NCBI RefSeq assembly: GCF_000150275.1
Contig: NW_002060949.1
Coordinates: 2,167,836-2,231,835 of the forward strand
Reading direction: 5' to 3'
Source of the DNA: Trichoplax adhaerens
Lineage: Eukaryota > Animalia > Placozoa
DNA: 64,000 bases
Position numbers and translations under genes: made by a program. This document shows positions 10,367-25,540 of this stretch, in pieces. The notes beneath the pieces were generated by a model. It worked only from the letters and a program-made list of their open reading frames with translations. It was not told the DNA's origin and did no database searches. The stretch's first letter is position 1; each line of letters starts with the position of its first letter.

Positions 10367-13300
10367 GATGTGATTTCGATTCAGTCTGCCTTCCTGACGA
10401 GTACTATTCTTAGCGATAGCCGATGATTGAGAGGATATAGTGGATATTCTATCTATCCAACTCTCCGGTCACTCAAATCATTGCTTGAAATGAATCACTT
10501 GCTTTATATTTTTGCGGGGTTGAGCTTTTTGACTTGTATTCTGAATATAGATAAATAAATCAATGGATCGATTAAATAAAGTCCGCTAACAACCTCAATA
10601 ATATAGATTGAGTTACGTAAATTAAATATCATGGAGTGCTATTTATTCTACTAAAAGCTCGTGATCATAAATCGTTGTAATAAAAAATATTCTGGTATAT
10701 GTATGTAATGTAATTGAGTAAGAAAAAATTGGTATAAAATGAATTAAAAATCTCAGATTCTGTTATTATGTGAAAATCTATCTTTATCTTAAACGAATGC
10801 GAAACTCATATCGAAATTATTTCTTATTACATCTCTGCTTCGCTAAAATACTATTTTCGTAGAATTGAAAATAAAGCGAAAACATCAAGCCTTTATCATA
10901 AGACAGCAATGTAATTGAAAAAAGGTTTACTATTATTTCTATCTGTTCCGGTAGAACTTCACAAAGAAATAGGCCTTCAATGTTGGATAACGTCGGGAAG
11001 ATGATGAACAAGATGGAATTTATTAAAAGTAGACAGTGAGGTTCTTTGACGTTATATCAACATAACTGTATGTCGATTAAATTAGAATCTATAAATGAAC
11101 TCGATACGAACGGAATAATTAACCTATAAGACAACAAGAAACTAGTAAGGAAGTTTTCAATCTTAATTAAATGTTCAGCACAGAATGGACCTATGAATAA
11201 ATGCTGATAATAACGAAACGGAAATTAACCTTATTTTGTGTATAGTACGATCGCATAATTCTCGACGTACGCGTATTCTCTATTAATTAAATCCTCATCA
11301 TACGTAAAATATAAAGCATTGAAGAAAATGAACGGAAATTAAGTCCAAGTAAATGAGCTGTATATGAAGTAATTTTAATCAAAGTTTCCATGACATACTG
11401 TCTGTATAGGATATAGAATTATTGTTTATAAAGATTGAAGTAAAAATAGATGCATTAATTTTAATTAGGTAGCTAGACATTATTTTCAAATAATGTTACA
11501 TTACCCATTGTGCCATGGAGTACTAGTAGCACCTGGATTAAGATGTAGCCGAATTATAAAAGTATAGTTGTTTTAATTCCATGGGTTTAAATTAAACTAT
11601 TCAAAGCTATTTACTAGTTAAAGAATCTAATTATAAATATCCTATTCAGGTTGAAATCGTTTTACTTACAAGAGTATTAGCACTAGAGATCCTAGAGTCT
11701 CTAATTATCTTTCTTTTTAGCAATTTATGCCCTAGTTTAGGCATAGTCATAGCATTGTAGTGTAAATGGTGACAGAAAAACTTCCTAAACTAAAAAGGAC
11801 TCCTGATCACTATCCTAATGTTTAGCCTATTCTATCGAAGCCAACCAAATTAATAACAGCTGTAGTGTAATTAAAGCAATTCACTGTACACCATTACCTA
11901 GATTTTATTCAGTATTCAACTTTTTTTTTCCTATTATTCTCTCATTAAATGAAATGAAACAGACTCTGATCTAGATTTTTTAATCCAACTTCTACGGTAC
12001 TAGACGTTATCACAGGACTATTCATCATATTTAAGATATACTAATTTTACGTATAGGACATAATCTAAGCTAGCGGGAACCATGACCATCAATGATCAAT
12101 GAGAAATTAAGAAAGAAAATCTCATCAATACTAAACACCCGTAATTCATAAATTTTTGACCTTTATGAAGTCGCATTTTTAATCTGAATTGCCTCGATAA
12201 TTTATGAGACCATATGCCCTTTAATTGATCTATCATTTCAAGATTGACTAGAAATGATTACAAGAAACGGGTATATTCATCTATCCTTTTTTCCCTTTAA
12301 TTGCGCTATCACTGTCAAGATTATTACAGATACTAACTTGAAAATTCTCCATCGAAAATCTTTAAATTTTGACGCAAAGAGTTATCACACTCCTTTACTA
12401 TGTTTGCACTAAAACTATAAGATTGCAGTCACATCACAATGAAGAATACACCAGCAGCTTTTTAAATTATATTAAAGTTATTTTTTAGACTGCCTTTAGT
12501 GAATTGTATAGCTTGACAGGATAAGCTCTGTACGGAGAAATAACTCAATTAGATTTTTGCTAGCGACAGCGACACTAATTAATGGCTAACAGCAATAATA
12601 ACGAGTCTGTATGAAACCTAAAAGCCAGAAAGTTAAAAAAATTGTTATTTTAATCTTTCCTAAATAGTACAATGACTATAGAGTCAATGGAGGATTTTCG
12701 CTAATGACGACTAATTATTTCTTTCTATTACTTGAAGTAAAGTTTGTCAATAAATGACTTGTATTTGAAGAAGGGCAAATTAAAGTCATAAAATCATAAA
12801 ACATCTATTTTAGAGTTATAGTAGCAAAAATATGCGAATTAGCAGCGTTGGAGATGAATTACTGTAGTACAGTCGGAATTAAACAAAAGCTCTTAACCGC
12901 ATTTATTTTATGACATAAAAATGGGGTGTTAACTATTTCATGAGTCATAAAATTCTTCAGCCAATAGATAGTAAGTGAGAATATTCAAATTGAACTCAAC
13001 CTACTCACTAATAGGCTAAGATAATATCCGATAGCAGCGATCGAAAGGGAAATTTACTATCATCATGACTTAACAGAATAGTATCATGTGATAGGCACCA
13101 TCTTGGTGAAGCTCAATCCTAGGATACTATCAATTTTTACCGGAATTGTCAAGTATTTAACTGTAATTAACTACAGACTATTGCTAATTGTATTGATAGA
13201 ATGTGCTATATTGTACATTCTATTTATATCGATGAAATTCACATTATAAAATGGTAACACAAACCCGATCGATATGGCTACTTTGCAGCATTTTCTCAAA

Positions 13301-16300
13301 TGCTCACCGATATAGAAAGTAAGGATTATGCACTAGAATTATCTACGCAAGGTAGAAATCCACGCTGGTAGTGGTTGACTAACGCATGGATTTAGTGTCG
13401 AAACGGTGATTAACTTAAAAATGTAGTCAATTAAAGAAAAAATATAGAATAGCTAGATGCAAACCTAGACAGTTCATCATATCTTAAACTTTACAACCAT
13501 ATTAACAGACTACTTCCTTAATGTTAATGCTTGGATACGTGCTGTCGCTTTTTTGCTGACGAATCAAAATGCGTAATAGCGTATTTTTGGATTACCATAA
13601 TTCTATAGTAGGTGACTAGACAGAGAACAATTTTGGATAATATACTATGCACTAGACTATAAGACGATATTCTACTGATATTTAATGATATATGTTTCAA
13701 AGAGGAAGAAACGGATCCAACTTACAAAAAGTATGATCTGATGGTGTATCCAAGTTGAAGATTTCTTTACCGGAAGGACTAAATCGTTCGTAGAACACGC
13801 AATTAATGAATCGAATGGTCCTTTTTCTACGAGAACAATTTATTGTAAATTTTCAACCTTCAAATTCGGGAGCTTTTAATTAGTGTAAATAACTTTGAAC
13901 ACTTCACTTTACCTTGACGCGTTGTTAGCGTTAGCTTTAGGCAGTTTTAAATCGTTGTTGTACAACTTTAATCGCCAGTAAGGTGAAAGTACAATTTATC
14001 AAATGAGAACGTGATCAAAAAGATCCAATGATGTATTAATTCGATCTCCTACTTCAAGTCAAGAGTTGGGCAGTTCTTTAATAGATAGATTTGAAGAGAA
14101 TAGAAACAGTGAATAGCTACATTACAACATGGCCTGAAGGAAGAAAATTGACAAACTAGCATTGAACCAATTCTATGCTGGTACTTATATCTCACTCTTA
14201 TAGCATAAAATGATGATGGATAGAAATGCTTATCCGCTACTATTTTATACTGGTTGGGGAAGTCCTTAACTTTTATGCTATTTATTTTTTAGCTTTTGTC
14301 AACAGCTGGAAAGTTATGTCAAACAATACTAGCAAGATGAATAAATCAGATAGCAAATAATAGCATGAGGAAGGTTTACAACACGGATGCTGAGTCTATA
14401 ATTGACATCTGCAAACCATTGATTGATCGTTGACATAATCTTTTATTAGCCATAACATTACTAATCAGCATATTCTTCTAATTGGTTGCTAGGTACCATT
14501 CTATGCAAAGCAACTAAGCATCAATAGTTTACTCTATAGCCATCATTATTTTTACCCTTTATTGATTGATTGTTCCATTATTGAGGAACGTGATGTTTGT
14601 GTAATGGCATCTTGTTGACAAATCTTCACCTTATTTTGTGTTAGCGTTCTTCATAGTTTGCCGGTAATCAATGCAAGAAGAGTATAATTAGTTCTAACTT
14701 TTGCTAGGCAGTTGACTCATCTCCTTATCATATTATTAGTTACAACATTGAGTTGGATAATATCGAATTTGCAATATATTCAAATCTTGAAAATACTTAC
14801 TTGTAAATGCTATATGACTTCTCTAATGGGCCATGGCCAAAGACCTGAATTCCATCTTAACTAGAGCGTGTAGTAATTAGAAAATTAGAGTACAGTAGTC
14901 TATTTCTTTTCTAGCATTATTGGCTAAAAAATTACCGTCTAATTAACAGTCTAATAGTATTGCAAGCCTATATCCAACATGATCAATACGCTTAAAGGCA
15001 GCAAGACTATCTACAGAAAGTAAATGATAACAGCAAATATTTCTTGCCATCAATTGAATACAACTAATCACGTTTCCAACATGATGATAGTGATTGTCTT
15101 ATACTTCATTTTTGCACATGGATCATGACATATATGTCGGTCAAAGTCCTCCCACATATGTTTTATTTAACATCCGCTAGCGAAACAACGATGAGTAGTA
15201 GTACTATGAAGGCTAACTGTCGGTATATCTAAGAAGTTGAGTAGAAATCAGCTTGTAAAATTGCTGCTATGTTGACTTTATAAAGTTAGTGATAATCCTC
15301 TTCTAACGTAGTCATTGTTAAATACCGCGATTCATGCTATAAAAAGGTTGGCATCTATTATCGTCTCATTTCAGATAGCTACATTTCGTTAGGAAGAGAT
15401 TTCGTACACCTAAGCTTGCATAATCATTGGTTCAAGCTATCTCTAGATAGTCTATCATGATACAGTGACAGCAATATTATGTTGTGTTAAAAGTTGAAAT
15501 TGATCAGCACAATCATTGTAAAGATAGCAGCTGAATAGAAGGTAGTATCAGTGGTAGAAGTAATAGTACATGCAGAAAAAAATGTATACTATTTGCAGAT
15601 GCTTTATACCTAGCATAGAATTTATCTATCAGGTTAAGATACGATAGGACTTAGAATAGAAAAACTACGTGGGATAATTGGTTAACAATTACAATGATTC
15701 AATGTTATCCAAGATTAAAATAAGCTAATACAATATTGATGGTGGGAACAGAATATGATTTAATGAATCGTTCAGCTTGATTAATTTTATCATTTCACAA
15801 CTTCCTACAGAATTTAATAAAGGGATGAGAAAGAATTTTCGTTTGCAGTTGGATGGCATAATGTTGATAATCTACACACAGCATGACTGATACAAGTTTT
15901 CAAGCCCATTAATTTGCTATTTTATAATTTCTTACAGAGTTTAATGGAAAAAAATTATTTTTTTAAATAAGTTAAAATTTCCCAGTTTCATCGTAGACTG
16001 ATAGTGTATAAGAATTTTACTCCTGTTATTAATATTCCTCAAATGAAAAATGGAAGCATTCAAAATTTATAGCAATTTTTTCATGGTTAAGCTACCCAGT
16101 TTTCAACAATAATTGGGCGATTATCCCATCTAACAACTTAAATTAATGCAATAGTTTATTACAGGAAGGTACAATAAGTATTTAAGACAAATAATTGATT
16201 TTAAAAAGTTACATCATATTCTTATATAGCTATGACGTAAGATTGAACTATGTGAGAAACGATAGAAATAACTATTCTATTTTATATAGTCGTTGCAAAA

Positions 16301-19300
16301 TTGATGAATCTCTCTTTACCCTCTATAGAATTGAGTATTATTTAAATAACAAATTCTTTCGTGACATCAATTAGAAATTAATTATTGATTCCTAATAAGC
16401 GTAAAATAATGCTAGCAATTTTAATAAAAGGAAATAATGTCATAGCTCCAGATATCCCACCCTATAACTATCCTATCCTATCAATATTTAATCTGGTAAA
16501 TTATTTCTTATGGCCTTAATTAATCTCCTTTTATATCTAAAAATTGAGATCATTTCAAGTTTATTCTGAATCGAATTCTTTTTTGTCAGGACAAACGAGT
16601 ATAATAACATATTGTGCGTCATTTTAATCGTCAATCCCGGCAAATGGATAATATCACTATAAGATTTATAATGAAACGTCAAAATGACATTTTTTCCATT
16701 TAAATAGGAATGATAAGGCTCTCCTAATGATACAGATTGCAATTTAATCACTTAAATTATTTATCAAAGAATGAAGATATGGCTGCGCCTAAGCTGCCAT
16801 TTTCTCCATCATTATGAATACGATGATACCATTTTTGGTGCCGTTGTGTCCCACAATTTTAATAATACTGATTGTTTATGTAGATACTAAACATCTGTAA
16901 GCATCGTCCGCCTGCCTTCAAGTGTATCTGTACTTTGCTGCCACTTGATACGATATTTACCTCCATCGTTATGAACTATTCTAAGTTTAGAAAAAGAGCT
17001 CACTATCGCAAATTTAGTATAGAGCTTGACTTGTTTAAATTCAGACTAAGAGCAATATCTTAAATTTACATAACCTGTTAACATACTTCTTTTTACCTCA
17101 TGCAAGACAAATTTGACTATTACTTTCAAAATTTTATTATAGATGACGGAGAATTATTTTAGATTGACAACATGTTTTAACATTCATCATAAAAATTAAT
17201 TTGACGCCAGCCTAAGACAGTATTATATCGATAAAGATGAGCTAAAACTGAACGATAAGTCCACTGATGAAACACTCAATGGATTGTTCTGCAAATAATA
17301 AATTTCAAGTGTTGTAAAAAATTTGAATATTTACTGTTTTCCTATCATTTAGTCATAATACAGTATTAGCAGAAACGATAATCATTATGTTATTTACTTC
17401 CTGCATTAAATTTTTTATTAGCCAGGCTAATCGATAGATAATGATCAAATTTATTTTTATTGTAGCTCATTTTACCCTATATCTTTAATTAAGAGATTAA
17501 TCTACTTTATGCATGATGGTAGAGAGTCATTACTATCCCTAAATCGTATCAGGTTTTGCTCAACTAATGTATGGATGAATAAAAAAAATTTGGGGGCAAT
17601 TTCTTTCAATTCTAAGATTTACAACAAGCATAAGATAGATGGTAATGACAACAGTTGTTGTTCATCTTGGTGAACAACAACTTCATTCTTAGTAAGGAAT
17701 AACTGCATTGGTTGTTATTGAATTTGGTCATAGCGTATTAGCATCATATTTTACAAATGTACTTACAAACTGTTTTATTAGATGTTCAAGGACAAAGCCA
17801 TGAAAGAATTAAGCTGACCAACACCCAATTTATTCGCCTACCATGAATTATGGATACAAGAAACTTGATTATATGATATTATCGATCTATTCTGTCAATT
17901 AATCTGCTCCTGGCTATCAATGACTGATGATGTCACATTAATCCTCTAAATTATGCCACCTTTTATTTATTTCTACCAGTTATTGTTGCTATTGCTTAAG
18001 ATAGACAATACATCATTTTAACAACATGATGTTTTTCTAAATTTTTCTTCTCTTTGGACAATAGCTATTATTCAACATTATCAGAGTCATAGCTTTTAGC
18101 TTCGTCAGATGATTTGTATTAATATATACAGCATAGTCTAAAATGACAAATAAATACTATTCGCGTGTTTTCTAAAAAAATTACTTGGATTACATCATGT
18201 GCTGTAATAAACACAGGCTTGTTTAATCAAGCCCAATTTCTTCTCTACTATTATTATGAGATATAAAGTGGTAGATGAGATCAATAAAGGTTGCATATAA
18301 GCATTGAAAGGTGTTACTTGGTAAGATATTGAGCAACTTTAGATGTATTCCAACGTGCAATATTTGAAAATAGTATGAAGGTAGTAATTAAATCAAGTAC
18401 AGTAGAATTGATAGAACGGTACTGTCATTTTATTAGTAAATCTTAGTCGAGGCCGAATGATAATATTATCAAGGGAACTCTAATGGTGTCTTAATATTTC
18501 TTAAATTCAAATCTTGCGAAGTCTTCATATTTCGAATACTTCCTAAAATATGGATTTTCTACTGCATAAAACTACCACTTATATAGTTTGAATGGAGCAA
18601 TTTAATATCATCGATGCAACTGGTGCTTTATGGTCTTATTTCGTCATAAAACCTGATAACTTTACATTTTCACTCTTTACACTAATTTCAACCTTTACCG
18701 CATCTTTTTTTTTACTGTATTGTAAAAGTTATTTCTACATAAAACTGCTGCCTAACATGACTACCACAGTAAATACAGAGAAATAGTATAATATTGCAAC
18801 GTGGTCTTTAGGCTGATAATTGCTACATCTAGGTACCATAATGATGGTATTTATATCTTATACGATTAATGACTGAGAAAACGGCAGATATCTATTCCTA
18901 TAACCTCAGTGTAAAGTAACAGAACAGAATAACCGATGATATTTTTAAAGTACTTCTTGAAAAATGTTAACTGTTATTCTATCTGTAAACAGGGGCACTC
19001 GATCTTTATAAAAAAATATGAATCAGCGAAATAATAGAAGCGGTCTTTTTGATGTAGTAGCGAGTCTAAATATCAATTCGGGTGTTTGGGGTTGATTTTG
19101 GTCATAGTACGACTCCTAATGTTTTAAGATTATTACAGATAAGGTCAAAATTTTCACAATGGTCTATTTGAATGATCTAATCGATATCATAACCTCGTAA
19201 GCTGATTGATAAACTGCAATAGCACATATTAGCCTATATGCCGATGGGCATATTTCCGTCATAGATTTCGGATTTAAGCGTATAAACCAGTGTTGTGCGG

Positions 19301-21750
19301 TTTATCTATAATTTGTTAATGTGGTACATGGTTTATAAATACTTGATATCCACCCTCTAATTTGCCACGTTGGCATTAATCTCGTTCATACTAATAACAT
19401 TTTACGATAAGAAATCTATTTCTAGTTATACGATGATAGTAATATCTTGGAAGAAAGTCTCAAGATCTGAGTTTAGAGTTGTCAGATATTCAATCTTGCC
19501 TTGTTAGGTAATAAAATATGAAACAGTTACCATATTTTGTGCTATTAAAAGCACCACTCTGTAGCAGCAAAATCAAGATGACCTCTGTATAGTATAGCAT
19601 GCAGTATTGCATTTATTTTGGATATTAGTCGGCTTTTTTCCACTCCTACTTTTAAGTCAATATTGATTTCTTTCTTTCCTATCGATAGCATTACTCATCC
19701 CATGTAAATTTATTCCTTCCGTATTTTTTTAATATATCACTTTGTAACAAAATAACCACGATAAAATAGCTTTACTTAAAACATAAAATACGAAATTTAC
19801 TCCAGAACAAGTTGAAGCAGAAACGAAATGCTTAGGGTTACTAAATGCATAATTTATGTAATTGGATAATGAAGCAGAATGAGTTTCTTAAATTAACGAA
19901 CACATATGCAGTACCAATTTAACTTAACATACGATAAATTTTATACGATGATAATTTTAATTTTTTAGCATATAAGATCGGTAAGAAAGTAGGTTAGAAA
20001 TGTTAATATTGATAAACAAATTAAAAACGTTTAAAGATGAAACCGCCACCGCTAATGCATATTTATATTCTGAGCTGGAAGTTTGACAAAGCTAAGCGCT
20101 TTCTTATAGTGGCTAAATCAGCAGATCTATATTTAAATTAATTATGTTGTTATTGTGATGTTGTCTATCTTCTGATATGATTCAAATGTCAATCATTTCA
20201 ATCGCCTTTCTTGCTAAATGGATTTTATAATCTCACTCAGCTTAAAATAAACTTTGATGCTTGTGCCTACATAAATAGATTAATTGGCTAACATGTAAGA
20301 TGAAGCATAATGATTACCGTAAGTATTGTATGCGTAAGATGATTAACTCTCTAGACAGATTCCTTATATTCCTCATTATAAAATTAAATCTAATAAATCC
20401 CATTACATAAAAAGCGATTAGATTAAGACTAAACTTTAAATATGTTAATAGCTAGAGACTGGAGCAGAATGAGCGTATTGATTAGTAAGCTAAACAGGAT
20501 AGACGAACTCAAAGTAGACATCCCTCGAATTACACAAGCATTCTAAAATACCTTCAATTCTCACACTGCATTCTTCTGATTCATTATCTAGACCATATGT
20601 GCACACTTTAAGTCCAGCATAAAAGATTTTAAACGATATAGCGATACAAACTATGATCTCTAATATGCAAAATAAAGAGGATTCTTGAACTGAAGAGTAG
20701 ATAATTACCGCACTAAAAGATAATAGCGACCTCTTTAAATTGATAGCTGATTTCGAGTTTATAATTTCGTTTTAGTTTATGGATCTTATTCGATTAGGAG
20801 TTACTTCAACTGTTTAGTTTTTATCTCAGAATTGATGATTTAACACCAATAAATCCACAAATATCGCCCGCTTCTAATAATCGTAGTATAATCGAAAGAT
20901 AATCCTAGACAGATAAGTGAACGATCATCTGAAAGATGATAATGGCAAAATACGTCTATAGGATCTAACAATGGATTATAAACTTACAACTTTCGAGTAT
21001 TTTGAAACATTTAATGATATATATGCAATAAATTATTAATTGCATTTTATTTTATGGCATTTCTATTAATTAAATTAAGGCAATTAGGTTAACAAGTATA
21101 AAAATTCACCGTTATAAAATGTAATACATAATTAATTCTACCAGTTAAGACGTTGTTAAAATATAATATACCGTATACCGTATAATTGACAAGTAGTCTG
21201 TGATGAATCGATCATTTTGGTAACCTTGGAAGTATATTACAGTTTAAAGAATGTAGGCATATGGATGATTTCAAAAGTATTTTGTATTTGTAGCAAATGC
21301 AATTGGTATCGTTCGCAGAATGTCTGCGAAGAATATATGAGAAATAGTCAAAGAGCTAATAAATCCTGGGATCTAAATGTTTCATTTACATTCACAACTA
21401 CGTAATACAGTATAGAATAAACAAATGCATAAGACCTTGTACCTATGATAAATATTGGATAAATCTAACGGAACAATTGCACTTTACACTATTATGATCC
21501 TGCCTTATTATACTTATACTCTAAAAAATAGATATACTGGCAGGTCAATCAAGTCCCTAATATTGTGTCAGAAACAAGTTGGGAAATATTGTTATTTATG
21601 TACAAAGCTCAAGCTTTCTCTATTAGACAGTAAAATATTAGAACGTCAAGATTTGACCTACTGTACGTAATCATAGTTGTTACTATAAAATAGATATAGC
21701 CTCTAGAATACGAAATTTATTTTTAAACAGCATCAGAGCTTTATTTCATT

Positions 21751-24102
21751 TTAAGAATAATTTGGCCGAGGCTTCGTTCCTGAACGTTTTGTCGTTAAAG
21801 GATTGCCTGCTTCCTTCTTCTTTAGAGCATGATATCGCCAAGCATAGGAAATATGTTCAATCTAAATTAAGACATAATATTATGATTAGTATAACAAGAA
21901 ATAAGTTAAGAAATACATACCATAGTTTAACACTTTCATTGAAAAAGACTATAGTTTAATCTGCTGTTGTTCATCAAGCAATTCCTTACCGGTATTAAAC
22001 GATCCGCTTTATTATCAGCTTCTACTACGGTTAGTTCTTCTGGAGTCAGCAATGGCAGTCTTATATGTTTGATTATGCCAAAAGCTACTTCAGATACCTT
22101 CTTATCCAAGACCACCTAGTAAATGTGTGGTATAAATGAACTAAGATCAAATTTCATTCTTGGACTGTATATGTTATGTTAATCTATAAACGAGTTAATT
22201 ACTAACGACTTTATAAGAGCATTGTTTACTATGTCTAATTGTTAGCAGCAAAGCTGACTTACAGAATTAACGGTTGCCCATTCTCGAACAGCTTTAATAA
22301 TATCTACTTCATCAATATTCAGATTATTACTTGCAAGAGCCACAGCTAAAGCTTCATCTGACATCTCATGGAATCCTTTGGTCTTGAATACAGCCTATTT
22401 TAAGAATATTTTACTGATTATTGAGTTCAAGATTCATTTTAGGTAGGATTCCTCATTGCTGCATGGTATTAAGGTAGATTCAGGTTGAAAATACATAGCA
22501 TGCAAAAGCTATTATCTTTACAGTATGTAATTACAGTGTACCTTAGTATTGGATTCGATAAAACTTAGGCATTTCTTTTGAAGTTCGGCTTGGCCATAAG
22601 TGACTGCAGACTAAAGCGATATCGTATTTATTATATATTAATATGCTCAATATATACTATAGGTTACTTAATGTAAGCGTAGTCATGTTACCCATCCTGT
22701 CATTAAGTATAGTATCTGCTTACCTGCATAGTTTCACATGCATTGTCAATAGTGATGGAATCGCTCATGAAATTAACACATATCTAGAATAGATTTAATA
22801 TTATCGATGATATTACATGACAAAGGAAGGCAAACACTATGTCTTACAAGGATTAAGTTTGTCCCAGCTAAGGCTGTACTTACCTTTGCCAAATCACGCA
22901 AGCCGTATTCAATGGCTGATGCTAATACGTCAACAACCTTCATAAATTGAGTTGCAACGCATTAGTATTAGAAATATAAGGTAGTAAACGTCACATCTAC
23001 CATTATATTTATAAATAGATACCTAATCATTATAACTATTTTAAAAAATAAGTAAACCTTACAAATATTGTATTTCATTATCTGAATTTAATGCTTGTAT
23101 CAACTGTAAGTTTCTTACGTTTTTATCAGTTAAAGAGCAGCAATTGGTATAAATAAACTCTAACACAGCTAAAAAGGAATCAGGTTGTACATCTGATAGG
23201 ATGTAAGGAACATCGTTATTTTCAATGGCTACGGAATTATCGTGAAACATGGTATCAAATACGTCACATCTATGAAAAAGCATAACAGATAGCAGATAAT
23301 ACTTAGATATTTAAGATTTAAAGTACTGTTAAATATGAAAAATTACGATACAGTTTAGTTACGAACAAATTTTAGAACTGAATAAACTATCATATTTGTA
23401 ATAATTTGATAATGAACGATAAAAAGATCAAGTTACCAAGCTTATTGATAAATGGTTTTACCTTGCAGATAAAATGCTTCTATGCGCATATATCATTTGT
23501 TTGGTATCCCCAACTATAAACTTGATATCACTATGAAATAATATGAACAAAATTGATTAAATATAAAATTATACAACAAATCCTACACTTAGAAATAGAA
23601 TGCATAAAGCAAGAGATTGGAGTGAATATGCAATTCTAGAATTCCGATGTTAATACATCTGCATATCTTGGAAACTAAGAAAACTTAATGCAAACATTAC
23701 AGAAATTCTATAATTTCATTTACAAAATGATGGAGACAGCAGTAGTTTCTATCGCTAATATGGATATATTATACACTGTACAGTATTTAACTCTAATTAC
23801 AGACATGAGCTAGTAACTGAAAGATAAATAATCGAGTAAACTAGCTATCGCCATGATTATGAAATCACGACTAAATATCGTTCTATTTCTATTACTAATA
23901 CTAACATATTTTGGCATTGTGTTATCATGAAATTGTAATTATAATTATCATAGAGCATTAAGTGTTATCAACAATTTATTAAGGATCAGTAGACTTACCT
24001 ATACTCTGACTTATTGACTAGCTTTTTCATTTCGGCTGCAAATCCGATAGGATTGCCGTACAAACCTTCGCCTTTCTGGCTATTTGTATTATTTTCCGTC
24101 AT
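21751..24102 (-). CDS. BTBD19: BTB/POZ-BACK domain protein 19-like, multi-exon
   Basis: Spliced translation MTENN...GNPIGFAAEMKKLVNKSEYSDIKFIVGDTKQMIYAHRSILSARCDVFDTMF...FLAVLEFIYTNCCSL...VREWATVNS...HIRLPLLTPEEL...IEHISYAWRYHALKK...RSGTKPRPNYS*. The BTB plus BACK domains and the C-terminal AWxxHAL...RxGT tail are typical of BTBD19. Confidence 0.85.
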
Positions 24103-24747
24103 TTTATTAGTCCTACTAGACGAGGTCCTATGTATTTGATAAGCCTTGGAATGAATGTTACTATCACTGTAATTACCAGCAGAGTTAGTAAAAATTGTCG
24201 TCCTTTCTGGCACTATCAAATCAGATTGATGTATGTAATCAGAAATAGGAGAGATTTAATCAACGCTAAGTTATCTTCTTCGTCTATTAATGCAAGGACT
24301 CCCTAGTAGTATCGTCTGTTGTCTTGACAACATGAGTTCAAGAAACACGCTACCTGTGCGCATGCGGAGTTCTCTAAATAGTCGATGGTTCATTCTATAG
24401 TGGTCAGACAGCTTTATCAAAGCAAGGTCTTCTACTATGAACTATAAGCTATGTTTGAGCGTCCACACTATCGCTGCTGGCTTGAGCTGTACAATATTAT
24501 CATCATTTCAGTGCCATCTTAATTAATGAATTGATTTATAAACTAGTTTTACCATTTGTTATTATTTTCTGCAAATATGCAGTACGGTATAATGGCATCA
24601 ACATGGAGAAAAGTAATTCTATAGATAAGAAGCCCAGCTGCACACTCTGAGGTCATCATCATGATACAAAAACATAATCTAAGACGTAGAAACGAACTAC
24701 GATGCACAAAGTTTACTCTGGATCCATTTCGAATACTAATATTTTAA

Positions 24748-25220
24748 AGCTTACCGCCTCTAGAATGAGCAGTACACATCACATGGTATGTAGTAGCATA
24801 GACTACTAGATATATCAAGATGCATCTAGTAAGTCCATGGCAGTAGAGATCCAATCAATGTAGTTATACTAAAATATCAAATGTGTACTGTAAGTAAGTC
24901 TACCAACGAAATCGCGAACTACTGATTTAAATACAGCTACAGCCTCTGGAACGAGCAATACACCTTACTTGATGTGCAGAAGAGATCCGATCGATGTAGT
25001 TATTCTAAAGTATCATATGTGCACTATAAGTAAAAGTCTATCTACTACTAAGTCGCGAACTACTGATTTGAATAATAATAATATTATGTAGCTTACAGCT
25101 TCTAGAATGAGCAATACACCTTACTTGGTATGCAGTAGAGATCCAATCGATGTAGTTATACGAAAGCATCAAATGTGTACTATAAGTAAACTCTATAGAC
25201 TAAGTCACGAGCTACTGATA
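24748..25220. repeat. Degenerate tandem repeat, ~3.3 copies of a 136-156 bp unit, between divergent BTBD19 and AOPEP
   Basis: GCAG(T/A)AGAGATCC(A/G)ATC(A/G)ATGTAGTTAT... at about 24840, 24976 and 25132. The segment CTCT(A/G)GAA(T/C)GAGCA(A/G)TACAC recurs three times. Confidence 0.9.
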
Positions 25221-25540
25221 CAGTAGCTATTTAGCACGGTGCTACTGTTTACATAAGTAAATGCTAATAGGAGGCGTTGCTCTCACTCTGGTGCAGGATG
25301 CATAAGATTGGATTCAGTTATTGTGCAGCAATTATTTTAATCTCTAGTAAATGGGAAAGTTAAGCAAGCGATCGACGAACTACCTCGAATGCCATGATAA
25401 AGAATTGAGTATCTCTTAGGAAGATAATGTAGAGGATAGATAAAGTTTGCATACAGCAAAACGCAAGTAGTTATACATTGATTAGTACGGCATGACTGCC
25501 GCATTGCTAAACGACAATTTGATCGTATAGAATTGCAAAA

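Noticed and set aside
24748-25220. CRISPR-like array
   Set aside because: Whole units are homologous with no unique spacers, and the context is eukaryotic.
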